From Candidatus Woesearchaeota archaeon (GTDB lineage: Archaea; Nanobdellota; Nanobdellia; Woesearchaeales; SKIA01): a stretch of 64,000 nt of DNA. Made by a program: the position numbers and the translations under genes. The stretch is taken from the NCBI GenBank assembly GCA_047602905.1, contig JBLKOP010000002.1, forward strand, positions 79,381 to 143,380. The letters run 5' to 3'. The notes below the pieces were generated by a model. It did not search any database. It worked only from the letters and a program-made list of their open reading frames with translations, and was not told the origin of the DNA. This document shows, piece after piece, positions 1-9,727 of this stretch (positions within the stretch are counted from its first letter, which is position 1; each line of letters starts with the position of its first letter).

Positions 1-1473
1 CCGCGAGCAGACGGAGTTGTTATTACAAGTGTTGCTACGAGCAGTCCAGCAATAGAGGCAGGTATTACTGGTCCTAGCAGTACTACACAACCGGTTCAGC
101 GAGAGCGAGTGCTGCGCTTTAACGGAGTAGACATTACGAGTGTTGAGCAGTTTAATAGCTTAAACCAGAACCTTTCAGGACTCATACAAGTACAGACTGA
201 TAAGGATAGCTACGTAGTTACTATTCCTAACACTACAACGACTACAGGTATTACTGTAGGAGAAGCTCCAAGAAGTAATATTCGTCTCGGCCTTGACCTT
301 ACTGGTGGTGCTCGTGTTATGGTGCAGCCTGTTGAGCCTGTTGACGCGGATATCATGGATTTGTTATTAGCTAATATTGAGGAGCGCATTAACGTGTTTG
401 GTCTCTCTGACGTTACTGTTCGTGACGTACAAGACTTTACGGGTAACCAGTTCATTCTTGTTGAGATAGCAGGTGCTGATGAGCAAGCAATTGTTGATTT
501 GCTTACGCAACAAGGAGATTTTAAGGCGGTAATTGGTAACACCACTGTTTTTAGTGGTGGTGATGACATCACGTATGTGGGGACAAGCGCTACTGATAGC
601 GGTATTCGTCAGTGTAGCCCTGGTGGTGCAGGTGTTGTGTGTGAGTTCTTCTTTGTCATTAGTCTTTCTTCACAAGCTGCGCAAAGACACGCTGACGTAA
701 CAAGGCCGTTAGATGTTATTCCTAGTCAAGGAGGCGGGTATTTGAGTGAAACGATGGATTTGTATTTGGATGGAGAGCTTATCACGAGTCTTCAGATTAG
801 TGCTGGTCTTCGTGGAAGTACTACTACGCAAATTCAGATTAGTGGTTCTGATAACGCCGCTACGCAAGAAGCTGCTGCTCGTGCTGCTCAGGAGAGTATG
901 AAGCAGTTACAGACTGTTCTTGCTACGGGAAGTCTTCCTGTGGAGCTTGAGGTTGTTAAGACGGATAGTATTAGTGCTGAGCTTGGTAGCACGTTTATTC
1001 AGAATATCTTCTTTGTTGCTTTGTTTGCGTTACTTGCTATTGTCATTACTGTTTCTACTCGGTACCGTGATTGGAAGATTAGTATTCCTATGCTTATCGC
1101 TATGCTTTCTGAGCTCGTTATTATTCTTGGTATCGCTGCTTTGTTCAGATACAACCTTGATTTGGCTGGTATCGCTGGTATTATTATTGCTATTGGTACG
1201 GGTGTTGATGACCAAATAATTATTGTTGATGAGATTAAGAGTGGCGGGAATCGTGGTGGTAGTTGGAAGCAGCGTATGGGTCGTGCGTTCTTTATTATTT
1301 TTGCTGCGTTCTTTACCTTACTTGCTGCTATGCTTCCTCTTATGTGGGCTGGTGCTGGTCTTGTTCGTGGCTTTGCTATCATGACTATTGTTGGTGTTAC
1401 TGCTGGTGTGTTAATTACTCGTCCGGCGTTTGCTGAGTTGGCTAAGAAGTTTGTGAAGATGGAAGAAGAGTAG
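1..1473 (+). CDS. secD: Protein-export membrane protein SecD (5-prime partial; the frame is open from window position 1)
   Basis: Large soluble domain with the GLDLTGG motif, followed by 6 TM helices (LFRYNLDLAGIAGIIIAIGTGVDDQIII...). The reading frame is open from nt 1, so the true start lies upstream of the window. Confidence 0.75.
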   Translation, partial: PRADGVVITSVATSSPAIEAGITGPSSTTQPVQRERVLRFNGVDITSVEQFNSLNQNLSGLIQVQTDKDSYVVTIPNTTTTTGITVGEAPRSNIRLGLDLTGGARVMVQPVEPVDADIMDLLLANIEERINVFGLSDVTVRDVQDFTGNQFILVEIAGADEQAIVDLLTQQGDFKAVIGNTTVFSGGDDITYVGTSATDSGIRQCSPGGAGVVCEFFFVISLSSQAAQRHADVTRPLDVIPSQGGGYLSETMDLYLDGELITSLQISAGLRGSTTTQIQISGSDNAATQEAAARAAQESMKQLQTVLATGSLPVELEVVKTDSISAELGSTFIQNIFFVALFALLAIVITVSTRYRDWKISIPMLIAMLSELVIILGIAALFRYNLDLAGIAGIIIAIGTGVDDQIIIVDEIKSGGNRGGSWKQRMGRAFFIIFAAFFTLLAAMLPLMWAGAGLVRGFAIMTIVGVTAGVLITRPAFAELAKKFVKMEEE

Positions 1474-1511
1474 CTTTTATAAACGAACTCGTAGTTACGA
1501 AGAGTACCAAC

Positions 1512-1584
1512 GGGGCTATAGTGTAGCTTGGTATCACCTTGCGTTTGGGACGCAAAAACTTCGGTTCAAATCCGAATAGCCCCA
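1512..1584 (+). tRNA. tRNA-Pro (anticodon UGG), 73 nt, CCA not encoded
   Basis: Hand-folded cloverleaf: 7-bp acceptor stem GGGGCTA/TAGCCCC, D-loop AGCTTGGTA, anticodon stem TTGCG/CGCAA with loop TTTGGGA (anticodon TGG), T-arm TTCGG-TTCAAAT-CCGAA, discriminator A. Confidence 0.8.
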
Positions 1585-1586
1585 GT

Positions 1587-1970
1587 TTATGGCATTTTCA
1601 AGCTTTCTGGAGTGTTTTCTTTTTCTAGTCTCACGTGTTCTTTTCTGTGGCAATTAGCGCATAAAACAACGCACTTATTCATTTCTTCTTGAATGCGCGC
1701 TATACTATAGGCTAATTGTTTCATTTGTGAAGGAGCAAGATCTTTTTGTTCTGGATCGGGATGATGAAATTCTAAGCAAACATTTTCTTCCTCTCCGCAA
1801 TGCTCGCAACTAAGTGTGTCTTTGTATTCGTGATACCATTGAGTAATCTTTTTTCTTCGCTTCTTTGCTTTTTTTCGGTAGTACTCTTTTGCTTTCTCAG
1901 GATTGTTTCTATACCAGTTCCTCCAGTACTCTCGCTGTTTTTCTCGGTCTCTTGGTGACATAATATACAC
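1587..1970 (-). CDS. Small HNH-endonuclease-family protein, 127 aa, basic N-terminus
   Basis: CEHCGE...FHHPDP...CANCHRKEH gives paired Cys plus H-N-H spacing typical of HNH nucleases. Its stop codon sits 3 nt from the tRNA-Pro 3-prime end. Confidence 0.55.
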   Translation of the reverse strand: MYIMSPRDREKQREYWRNWYRNNPEKAKEYYRKKAKKRRKKITQWYHEYKDTLSCEHCGEEENVCLEFHHPDPEQKDLAPSQMKQLAYSIARIQEEMNKCVVLCANCHRKEHVRLEKENTPESLKMP

Positions 1971-2079
1971 AAGTTGTCTGTCTTAAAAGCTCTTTTGTGC
2001 ATATGTCCAGTGCTCTGCGGAAAGCTTTTGTTTTTTCTGAAAATGTTTCGGATACTTGCTTGAACAACATGATTTTTTT

Positions 2080-2616
2080 TTATAGTATCCGTTTGTGCTC
2101 TTCAAGAACTGGTCGCTTTTTTATGTGGTGGCGGTAGTATCCTATGATGTTGCTGCTAAGAAACACGAGCTCTATAAGCACTCCCATTGGGGTGAATATG
2201 ATTGCGTTGTAGGTGATGACGATGCTTGTTGCTATCATCATGAGTATGCGTAGGTGTTTATCGTTTTTTTGAAAGCGGGCTATGAGTCCTATGTATAATC
2301 CCGTAAATATTACTAGGTCTGTCCAGGAGGTGTAGTTTAGTGTTATTGGTAGTATGTAGAGTATCATGAATGCGTAGAGGAATTTTTTGTTGGTGGTTTT
2401 GGTTGCTGTTATAAAAGAGGCGAAGGAGAAGAAGAACAGTATTGCTGCGTTTATTTCCTCTAAGAATAGGTAGTGGGTTGCTATGAGTAAGCTTGAGAAC
2501 GTAAGAAATACGAGTATGTGTTCTCGTTTCTTGAGCTGAAAGGATATGATGTCTGAGATGAGTGCTATTGCTATGAGTATTTGTGAGAGAAGAAACGGGT
2601 TGTTTAGGAGTTGCAT
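2080..2616 (-). CDS. Hypothetical polytopic membrane protein, about 5-6 TM
   Basis: ORF with uniformly hydrophobic helices. No catalytic motif recognised. Confidence 0.5.
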   Translation of the reverse strand: MQLLNNPFLLSQILIAIALISDIISFQLKKREHILVFLTFSSLLIATHYLFLEEINAAILFFFSFASFITATKTTNKKFLYAFMILYILPITLNYTSWTDLVIFTGLYIGLIARFQKNDKHLRILMMIATSIVITYNAIIFTPMGVLIELVFLSSNIIGYYRHHIKKRPVLEEHKRIL

Positions 2617-2723
2617 TTTTGTTTGTTTGTTGTTTTTTATATAAAACTAGTTTTTTTTGAGGTACTTACTTATAGTGCGTAAAACCTTTTTTGTTTCAAT
2701 GAACTTTTTTTTGTAAAAATTAG

Positions 2724-3434
2724 TTATTCTTTTGTGTCTCCACCTAAATAGATGCTTTGTATTTTTGGGTGTTGTTGTATTGTTTTGTCTCCTTCTAGGG
2801 CTATACTTCCTTGCTCGAGTACGTAGGTGTAATCACTTATTTGTATTGCTTGTTTCGCGTTTTGTTCTACTACCAGTAGGCTTATGCCTTCTTTTCTGAG
2901 TTCTTGTAGTGTTTTGAAGAGTTCTTTGATGAGTTTTGGGCTTAGTCCGAGTGTTGGTTCGTCAAGGAGGAGAAGTTGTGGTTTGTGCATGAGTGCTCTT
3001 GCTAGTGCGAGCATTTGTTGTTCTCCTCCTGATAGGTTGTAGGCGAGGGTTTTTTCGTGTTTTTTTAGGTTGGGGAATTGTTTGTAGAGTTCTTGTATTC
3101 TTTTGTTTGGGTTTGTTAGTTGTTTGCTTGTTAGTTGGAGGTTTTCTTGTACTGTTAGTGTTGTGAAGTTTATTCTTCCTTGTGGTACGTAGCTTATTCC
3201 TAACTTTAGGAGTTCGTGTGTTTGTTTGTTTGTTATGTTTTTTTCTTTGTATGTTATGTTTCCGCTTGTTTGTTTTGTGAGTCCAAAAACGGTTTTTAGT
3301 ACTGTGCTTTTTCCTGCTCCGTTTGGCCCAATTAGGCTTACTATTTGTTTCTTGTCTACTTCTATGTTTATTTCGTGTAGTACTGGTGTTTCTTCGTAGC
3401 CTGCACTTACTTGTTGTAGCTTGAGTAGTTTCAT
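2724..3434 (-). CDS. livF: Branched-chain amino acid ABC transporter ATP-binding protein (LivF-type)
   Basis: Walker A GPNGAGKST, ABC signature LSGGEQQMLALARAL, Walker B LLLLDEP. 4-nt overlap with the upstream livG. Confidence 0.85.
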   Translation of the reverse strand: MKLLKLQQVSAGYEETPVLHEINIEVDKKQIVSLIGPNGAGKSTVLKTVFGLTKQTSGNITYKEKNITNKQTHELLKLGISYVPQGRINFTTLTVQENLQLTSKQLTNPNKRIQELYKQFPNLKKHEKTLAYNLSGGEQQMLALARALMHKPQLLLLDEPTLGLSPKLIKELFKTLQELRKEGISLLVVEQNAKQAIQISDYTYVLEQGSIALEGDKTIQQHPKIQSIYLGGDTKE

Positions 3435-4156
3435 GCTCCTAGGTATGCCTCCAGTACTTCTTTGTCTTCTTGTATTTGTTTTGGTGTTCCTGTTTTTAGT
3501 AGGCTTCCTTGGTTCATTACGTGTACCGTGTCTGCTACTGTTGATACGAAGTTCATGTCGTGCTCTATAAGTAGGATTGTTTTGTTTTGTTCTTGTAGTG
3601 TTTTTAGTACGCGCTGTATTTGTTCTCGTAGCGCTGGGTTTACTCCTGCTACTGGTTCGTCAAGAAGGATTATGTCGGTGTTTTTTGCTATTGCGAGCGC
3701 GAGTTCTAAGAGTTTTTTTTGCCCATACGAGAGGTCTTGTGCTTTTGTTGTTAGTGTGTTGTTAAAACCTACTGTTTCTAGTGCTTGTTGTGCTTGTTTT
3801 TTCCAGTCGGTTTCTGTACTAAATAGGCTGATGAGTTTGTCATCGTCCTTGTTAAGGGCGAGTTGTAGGTGTTCATACACTGTTAGGTTGCTAAAGAGTC
3901 TTGGGTGTTGAAATGTTCTTGCGAGTTGCTGTGCTACTCTGTGCGGTTTTGTGGTTAGGGGTTGTTGTTTGTAGAGTATTTCTCCTGCGTCTTTGTTTTC
4001 AAATCCTGTTATGAGGTTGAATGCGGTTGTTTTTCCGCAACCGTTTGGTCCTATGAGTGCTGTTATGCTTTTTTCTTTTACTGTGAAGCTGAGGTTGTTT
4101 ACTGCTCGTACTCCTCCGAAGTGTTTTGTTAGGTTGCGTACTTCTAGTAGGTTCAT
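3431..4156 (-). CDS. livG: Branched-chain amino acid ABC transporter ATP-binding protein (LivG-type)
   Basis: Walker A GPNGCGKTT, signature LSYGQKKLLELA, Walker B ILLDEP, and the LivG-type C-terminal extension. Confidence 0.85.
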   Translation of the reverse strand: MNLLEVRNLTKHFGGVRAVNNLSFTVKEKSITALIGPNGCGKTTAFNLITGFENKDAGEILYKQQPLTTKPHRVAQQLARTFQHPRLFSNLTVYEHLQLALNKDDDKLISLFSTETDWKKQAQQALETVGFNNTLTTKAQDLSYGQKKLLELALAIAKNTDIILLDEPVAGVNPALREQIQRVLKTLQEQNKTILLIEHDMNFVSTVADTVHVMNQGSLLKTGTPKQIQEDKEVLEAYLGA

Positions 4157-5025
4157 TGTAAGCTCACCTTCCCAAAGAGCCCTTTTGGTTTGTTCATGAG
4201 TATGAGTATGAGTATGCTTGCGTAGATGATTTGTCTTGCTGGTCCGAGTATGCTGCTGGGTAGTCCTATGAACCTGAGTGCTTCTCCTAGTCCTATGATG
4301 AGTATTACTCCTGCTATGCTTCCTTTCGTGCTTGCTAGTCCTCCTACGATGACTACTGTGAGTAAGAGTACGAGTTCTAGGAGCATGAAGCTTGTTGGGT
4401 CTATGTAGCTTATGTAGTGCGCGTACAGACTTCCTGCTACTCCTATGAAGAAACCGCTTATCGCGTTGGTTTTTGCTTGTATTGATAAAACGTTTTTTCC
4501 TAGCATCTGCGCTCCTGCTTCGTCATCTCGCGCTGCTTGTAGTGCTCGCCCGAAGCGACTCGTTGCTACTGCGTGTATCGTGTATACGCTTATCGTTGCT
4601 AGTATTGCTGCGAATAGGAGGTAGTGGTTGTTTGTTGTTATGCTTACTCCAAGCAGTTCTGGTTTGGGTATTCCTGGTATTCCTAGTGCTCCTCTGGTTA
4701 CACTCGTCCAGTTAAGTAGGATGTTTCCTATTACGTAGCTAAACCCAAGCGTTGCGAGTGCGAGGTAGTCTCCTTTTACGTGTTTTGTTGAGTACAGAAG
4801 TGCTACTGCAAATGATGCAGTTATTATGGCTGCTGCGAGTAGCGCTACGAGGTATGGTAGGTGTAGTTGCATCATAAAAATTGCTGATGTGTACGCTCCT
4901 ATCCCAAAGAGTGCTACTAGTGCTAGGTTGAGCATTCCTCCGTTTCCTAGTAGTAGGTTGTAGCTTGCTGCGAGTATTGCGTATATTGCTATGATGATGA
5001 GTATGTGTGTTAGGTACGCGCTCAT
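4153..5025 (-). CDS. livM: Branched-chain amino acid ABC transporter permease (LivM-type)
   Basis: Polytopic permease lying between livH and livG, translationally coupled with 4-nt overlaps. Confidence 0.8.
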   Translation of the reverse strand: MSAYLTHILIIIAIYAILAASYNLLLGNGGMLNLALVALFGIGAYTSAIFMMQLHLPYLVALLAAAIITASFAVALLYSTKHVKGDYLALATLGFSYVIGNILLNWTSVTRGALGIPGIPKPELLGVSITTNNHYLLFAAILATISVYTIHAVATSRFGRALQAARDDEAGAQMLGKNVLSIQAKTNAISGFFIGVAGSLYAHYISYIDPTSFMLLELVLLLTVVIVGGLASTKGSIAGVILIIGLGEALRFIGLPSSILGPARQIIYASILILILMNKPKGLFGKVSLQ

Positions 5026-5906
5026 AGTCTCTCCCCCGTCTTTTTTCCAAAGAGTCCTTGTGGTCTAAGCAGTAAGAATAAGAAGAGGAGTGTGAAGGTT
5101 ATTGCGTCTTTCCAGCCGCTTGGAAGCCACCAGATACCGAAGTTCTCCGCTACTCCTACGATGTAGCTTCCTGCTATGCTTGCTGGTACGCTTGTCATTC
5201 CTCCTATTACTGCTCCTGAGAATCCTTTTACCATAAGGCTTGTTCCCATTGTTGGCTCTAGGCTTTGCTCTAATCCGATAAGCACTCCTGCTACTCCTGC
5301 GAGCACGCTTGCTATCAGAAACGCTGCTGTCATGAGCTTGTCTGCTTGTATTCCTTGTATGTTTGCTAGTTCTGGATTATCTGCTACTGCTCGTAGTTCT
5401 CGGCCTATTTGTGTGTAGCGAAGAAAGAAGTATAGGAGTATGAGTAGTGCTGCGCTACTAAGAATAATGATTATTTGTAAGAGGGTTATTCTTGCTCCAA
5501 GAACACTTATTCCTGCTGTTATTTCAAAGAGCTGAAAGCTTTTTACTCCTGCTCCAAACAAGATCATAAGGATGTTTTCAAAGAGTATGAGTAACGCTAC
5601 TGATACGATAAGTATTACTACGCTGCTTGCTTGTTTTTTTTGTAGCGGTGCGTAAAAAAACGTTCTTACTAGGTAGCCAAGAGCGGCGCTTGCTATGAGT
5701 GTGAGAATTACTGATAGCCAAAAAGGCATTCCTAGCATGCTAAACAGCCAGAAACAAATGTATCCTCCTACAGCTATGCTTGCTCCGTGAGCAAAATGCA
5801 TTACTTTGTTTGTTGTGTAGATAAGGGAGAAGCCTGCTGCTACAAGGCCATAAACGCTTCCTATGATGAGGCTGTTAATGAGTAGTTGACTGAAAGGAAA
5901 GCTCAT
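5022..5906 (-). CDS. livH: Branched-chain amino acid ABC transporter permease (LivH-type)
   Basis: Polytopic permease and first gene of the minus-strand operon, with a divergent promoter shared with the binding-protein gene. Confidence 0.8.
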   Translation of the reverse strand: MSFPFSQLLINSLIIGSVYGLVAAGFSLIYTTNKVMHFAHGASIAVGGYICFWLFSMLGMPFWLSVILTLIASAALGYLVRTFFYAPLQKKQASSVVILIVSVALLILFENILMILFGAGVKSFQLFEITAGISVLGARITLLQIIIILSSAALLILLYFFLRYTQIGRELRAVADNPELANIQGIQADKLMTAAFLIASVLAGVAGVLIGLEQSLEPTMGTSLMVKGFSGAVIGGMTSVPASIAGSYIVGVAENFGIWWLPSGWKDAITFTLLFLFLLLRPQGLFGKKTGERL

Positions 5907-5980
5907 AGGGTTGTTTTACCACAAGATATTATATAAACTACACCCAAACGTTTTTATGTATTAAGCTTCTTCTTTTGTAG

Positions 5981-7090
5981 ATGAGAAGAAGTGCTTTTTT
6001 GCTTATCGTCGTTGCGTTCTTATTGTTTGCTTGTACAACTCCTGCTCAAGAAAGTTCTTCTGAGACTGTTTATGAGATAGGACTTATTGCTCCCTTATCT
6101 GGGGATGCAGCGTTTATTGGTGAAGGGCTTTCTGGTGTTACTCAAGTAGCTGTTGAAGACGTTAATGCTCTCTGGGCTGATGATAATAAGCGATTAGTGG
6201 TTCGTTACGAGGATGGTATGTGTAATGGTCGAGAAGCACTTAGTGCTCTTCAGTCATTACATGATCGTTACTCAATTACTGTTATAAGTGGAGGCGCTTG
6301 TAGTGGAGAGACTCTTGGTATGGCTCCGTACGCTAATGATAATCAGATTCTTTTGTTATCAAGTGGTTCTACTTCTCCTGCTATTCGTGAAGCTGGAGAG
6401 TTTGTTTTTAGAAATTATCCTTCTGATGATGGTGTTGCTATCATTCTTTCTGAGCAAATTGCTCAGCAAGGTTTTTCTCGCGTAGCGCTTCTTTCTGAGA
6501 ACACTGATTACGCTCAAGACTTACGAGACGCTTTTGTTAGTAATTTAGAGCAGCGAGGTGTTGAGGTAGTTGCTAGTGAGAACGTGTTAAGTTCTTCAAG
6601 AGATTTTCGTACAGAACTCACTCGCATCCAGCAAGAACAACCTACTGTTTTAGTACTTGTTCCGCAAACAGCTCCTATGAGTGCTTCTATGATGCGTCAA
6701 GTGCGTGAGTTAGGTCTTCAGGCTGAATTGTTTTTTCCTGACTTAGGTGTGCTTTTTGACGCACTAACTGATAATAGGGATTTGTTTGTTGGCGTAACAA
6801 CTGCTCGCTATGTTGTTGCTGCTCAGGATAGTGAGGAGTACCAAGACATTCTTGCTCGCTCAAGTTGCACTCTTGAAGGGTACTGCGCTGCTCAGTACGA
6901 CGCGATAGTCTTGTTAGCGGATATTATTGATTCTTGTGGATCAGTAGACGCTCTTTGCGTTCAGCAAGGACTTTTTGATACGCAAGGAAGACAAGGGCTT
7001 GCGGGTGAGCTAAGCTTTGATGAGAACGGAGAAATTCTTGGCAACTTCGAAATCGTCCGTATTAGCGAAGAAGCAATTGAGCTTGTTTAG
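5981..7090 (+). CDS. livK: Type-I periplasmic-binding-fold substrate-binding lipoprotein (LivK/LivJ-like)
   Basis: Signal peptide with a lipobox-like LLFAC, and a PBP type-I fold signature region (GLIAPLSGDAAFIGE). Divergent from livHMGF. Confidence 0.8.
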   Translation: MRRSAFLLIVVAFLLFACTTPAQESSSETVYEIGLIAPLSGDAAFIGEGLSGVTQVAVEDVNALWADDNKRLVVRYEDGMCNGREALSALQSLHDRYSITVISGGACSGETLGMAPYANDNQILLLSSGSTSPAIREAGEFVFRNYPSDDGVAIILSEQIAQQGFSRVALLSENTDYAQDLRDAFVSNLEQRGVEVVASENVLSSSRDFRTELTRIQQEQPTVLVLVPQTAPMSASMMRQVRELGLQAELFFPDLGVLFDALTDNRDLFVGVTTARYVVAAQDSEEYQDILARSSCTLEGYCAAQYDAIVLLADIIDSCGSVDALCVQQGLFDTQGRQGLAGELSFDENGEILGNFEIVRISEEAIELV

Positions 7091-7312
7091 TATTTTGCTT
7101 TTCTCGCAGCAGCTTATTGATACGAACAAACGTTTCCAAAAAACAACTCGTGCAAGATAGTGCTAGGAGATTCTTAGGAAGTAACTTCTTTTTCATTGGT
7201 TTTTTTGTACTTCATGTGCAATAACGTCTCTGTACTCAACAAGTTGTGGTTGTAATCCATGAGCGGCTCCTGGTTTTTCAAACAATACGATATTCATCTG
7301 TTTCTCTTGTAG

Positions 7313-7597
7313 TTGTATTGTTTTTATTACCTGCTATCCTCTCTTATTTGGCTGTGCTTGTTATGCGCAAATAAGAACAATACTTACTTTACTCTGAAAG
7401 ACACAAACATCACGCACGTAGTCAAACAAAACAGTGCGTGGGACGTAGAACTAGAAGTCCTCGCCCACACCTACCAGGAATACCAAGAAACAATAAATAA
7501 CCTCACACAAGAATTCTCAGAAACAATAACAAGAATAGAAACAGCAATAATGACAGCAGACCGCGTCTGGCCAGCAGGAGCAAACTTCTTAAAGTAA
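7313..7597 (+). CDS. Doubtful small ORF: hydrophobic N-terminus followed by ET(I/A)-type repeats
   Basis: ORF only. The 3-prime half overlaps three copies of the DNA motif AGAAACA(G)(C)AATAA, so it may be regulatory DNA rather than coding. Confidence 0.25.
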   Translation: MYCFYYLLSSLIWLCLLCANKNNTYFTLKDTNITHVVKQNSAWDVELEVLAHTYQEYQETINNLTQEFSETITRIETAIMTADRVWPAGANFLK

Positions 7598-7655
7598 TCA
7601 CTTATAAGTAGTTAAAAAAGATACTTATTTAAATACCTATTTATTCAACAAGTAT

Positions 7656-8567
7656 ATGAATCTTAAATCTAGGCATTTCTTATATGCTACGCAAGAAGAT
7701 ATAGATAATCCTTTGGAACTTTCAAAGAACCCCAATAATATTAAAGTTGTAAATCTCGGGGATTCGTTTTTTTATCCTCCAAAACATCTTCAAGAAGGTC
7801 TTGAATCTGTTTTAGTATTCTCAGAAAACACTAAAAAAAGAGACATTCCAAGCGGAAGTGTGTGGAGGTATAGTGATGCTGATTATAAACCGGAAATTTT
7901 ACGAGATGACGTCGGTTGTGGCATTACTCTTTACCTGATGCAAAAGGGAGTAACTCCAGAAGATGTATTAAAAGTAGGTTCTCAATACTCTTTTGGAGGA
8001 GGAAACCATTTTCTAAATAAAGGTTCTTTTGATGAAAAACTGGACTATTTAATGTTACACTCTGATTTAAACTCTCAAAAAAAAATTCCTAAATCAACAT
8101 CTGAAGCTCAATCTCAAGTAAGTACTGCCACAAGTAAGCGTAGAGAACTTATTGAAAAAATGATTAATGAATTAGAAACTAGAGCTGACTTTTTTATGGA
8201 CTGGCCACATAATCATATTGATACTTCCGGTGAAAAAACAATATATATGAAAGGTGTTGTTGATACAAAAAAAACAGAAGGAATAGGATTACTTGCTTTA
8301 ACTCCCCATGATGGTTGCGCGTTATACGTGCAAGGTTCTGAGGTATTAAATGGGTATATGCAGCATGGGATTGGAGTAAAAAATCATGAATATCTTAAAG
8401 AGTACTCCTCTGTTAATAATTCTAAACACCGATATTACATCCCTAAAGACGACCCACTAGTAAGAGAAAGTTTTAACTCTATGCGTGCTTTTGGAAAAAA
8501 ATTTTATCCTCGAGCAACATTTGTTGAAAGGTATCTTTCTCCAGAAATAACAATAAGAAGTCGCTAA
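7656..8567 (+). CDS. Hypothetical protein with RtcB-like metal-site motif pattern (DVGCG ... GGGNHF ... H)
   Basis: DVGCGI at about aa 85-90, FGGGNHFL at about aa 113-120, and a His 16 residues later. This mimics the RtcB Cys/Asn-His/His spacing, but the protein is 303 aa against ~480 for RtcB. It lies in an AT-rich island. Confidence 0.5.
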   Translation: MNLKSRHFLYATQEDIDNPLELSKNPNNIKVVNLGDSFFYPPKHLQEGLESVLVFSENTKKRDIPSGSVWRYSDADYKPEILRDDVGCGITLYLMQKGVTPEDVLKVGSQYSFGGGNHFLNKGSFDEKLDYLMLHSDLNSQKKIPKSTSEAQSQVSTATSKRRELIEKMINELETRADFFMDWPHNHIDTSGEKTIYMKGVVDTKKTEGIGLLALTPHDGCALYVQGSEVLNGYMQHGIGVKNHEYLKEYSSVNNSKHRYYIPKDDPLVRESFNSMRAFGKKFYPRATFVERYLSPEITIRSR

Positions 8568-9487
8568 GAAGCAACTTTATACTTATTAACCCATTTTTCG
8601 AAATCCTCTGTTTTCTCCTCAGGAACAAGATGTATATTGTAATAATCATTTTCTTTATGTGGTTTCTTCTCAAACTGATAATTGACATGAGGTATTTCCA
8701 AATCATCTGTATGGAGTAATAAGGTATTTATTCCTCGTTTAAACAATAATTCTTTATCAACTCCTAAAACTACTAATGGTATATCTTCCTGTAATTCTTT
8801 TAGAGAAAAGTCAAGAGAATAACAATAATCTCCACTTCCATTACCATACCGATCTAACTTAACAAACTTTTTTGTTTTAGATACTCTCTGCATAATATCA
8901 TCTACTTTTTTGTGTATCTTAGAGACTAATTTTTTTCTACTATTAATAAATTCAATCAACTTAATGACTTCTTCATCAAGTGCAAAAAGTATTGATTTAA
9001 TAGTATTTGAATGTTCTTCTAAAAAATACTTGACTTCTTTATTATTGGCGTTTCCATTCCAATTGTTTACTAGTTCGTGCAGCTCTTCAAAAAGACTTTT
9101 TTTATTAATACTAATTTGATTAATATCTTCAAGAAGTTCTACAAGAAGCGCTCTTTCAATATGTAATGTATCATTATCATAAAATACTGTTGCTGCTTCA
9201 TTAACTACTTCCAATAAATCAAATATCCCATACACGCGGTGGTATTCAACACCTTTACCGCCTTCTCTAGATTCATTGTGATACTTGTCTATTTGTTTAA
9301 GCACGTATCTAAACTGTCGTATATTGGGATTTTCTAGTAATTCCTCTACGCCAGCAATAAAGAGTTCTTCTATGTTCTTTATCTCAGACAATTCTTTTAG
9401 AAGTAATTGCTTTTCTTTTTCTAAAGTTATATTAAATTTGTTGGTAAATGGTTTTTTTGTATGTAATAATTTAAAAAATGCTTTCAT
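8564..9487 (-). CDS. Hypothetical protein, 307 aa, acidic and Lys-rich
   Basis: Long ORF convergent with the previous gene, with 4-nt overlap of stops. No family recognised. AT-rich. Confidence 0.5.
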   Translation of the reverse strand: MKAFFKLLHTKKPFTNKFNITLEKEKQLLLKELSEIKNIEELFIAGVEELLENPNIRQFRYVLKQIDKYHNESREGGKGVEYHRVYGIFDLLEVVNEAATVFYDNDTLHIERALLVELLEDINQISINKKSLFEELHELVNNWNGNANNKEVKYFLEEHSNTIKSILFALDEEVIKLIEFINSRKKLVSKIHKKVDDIMQRVSKTKKFVKLDRYGNGSGDYCYSLDFSLKELQEDIPLVVLGVDKELLFKRGINTLLLHTDDLEIPHVNYQFEKKPHKENDYYNIHLVPEEKTEDFEKWVNKYKVAS

Positions 9488-9727
9488 ATAATATCATCTG
9501 CAGTAATACTGGCAATTTTTCTTATAAGTTTTTCTAATTTTTTTCTTGATAGAATCTTACTTTTTGTTTTATTTAAAAAATATTTTGCAGAGGTTTTATC
9601 TTCTAAACAGTTTACTTTAGGTTGTATGCTTCTTGTAGCGTTGTTGTTCCTGCGTAGATTTGTTCTCGTACGCTTCTCATTTCTGAATCAACTTTTCTTT
9701 ATGAGTTGTTCTTTTATTTTTGTTTGT

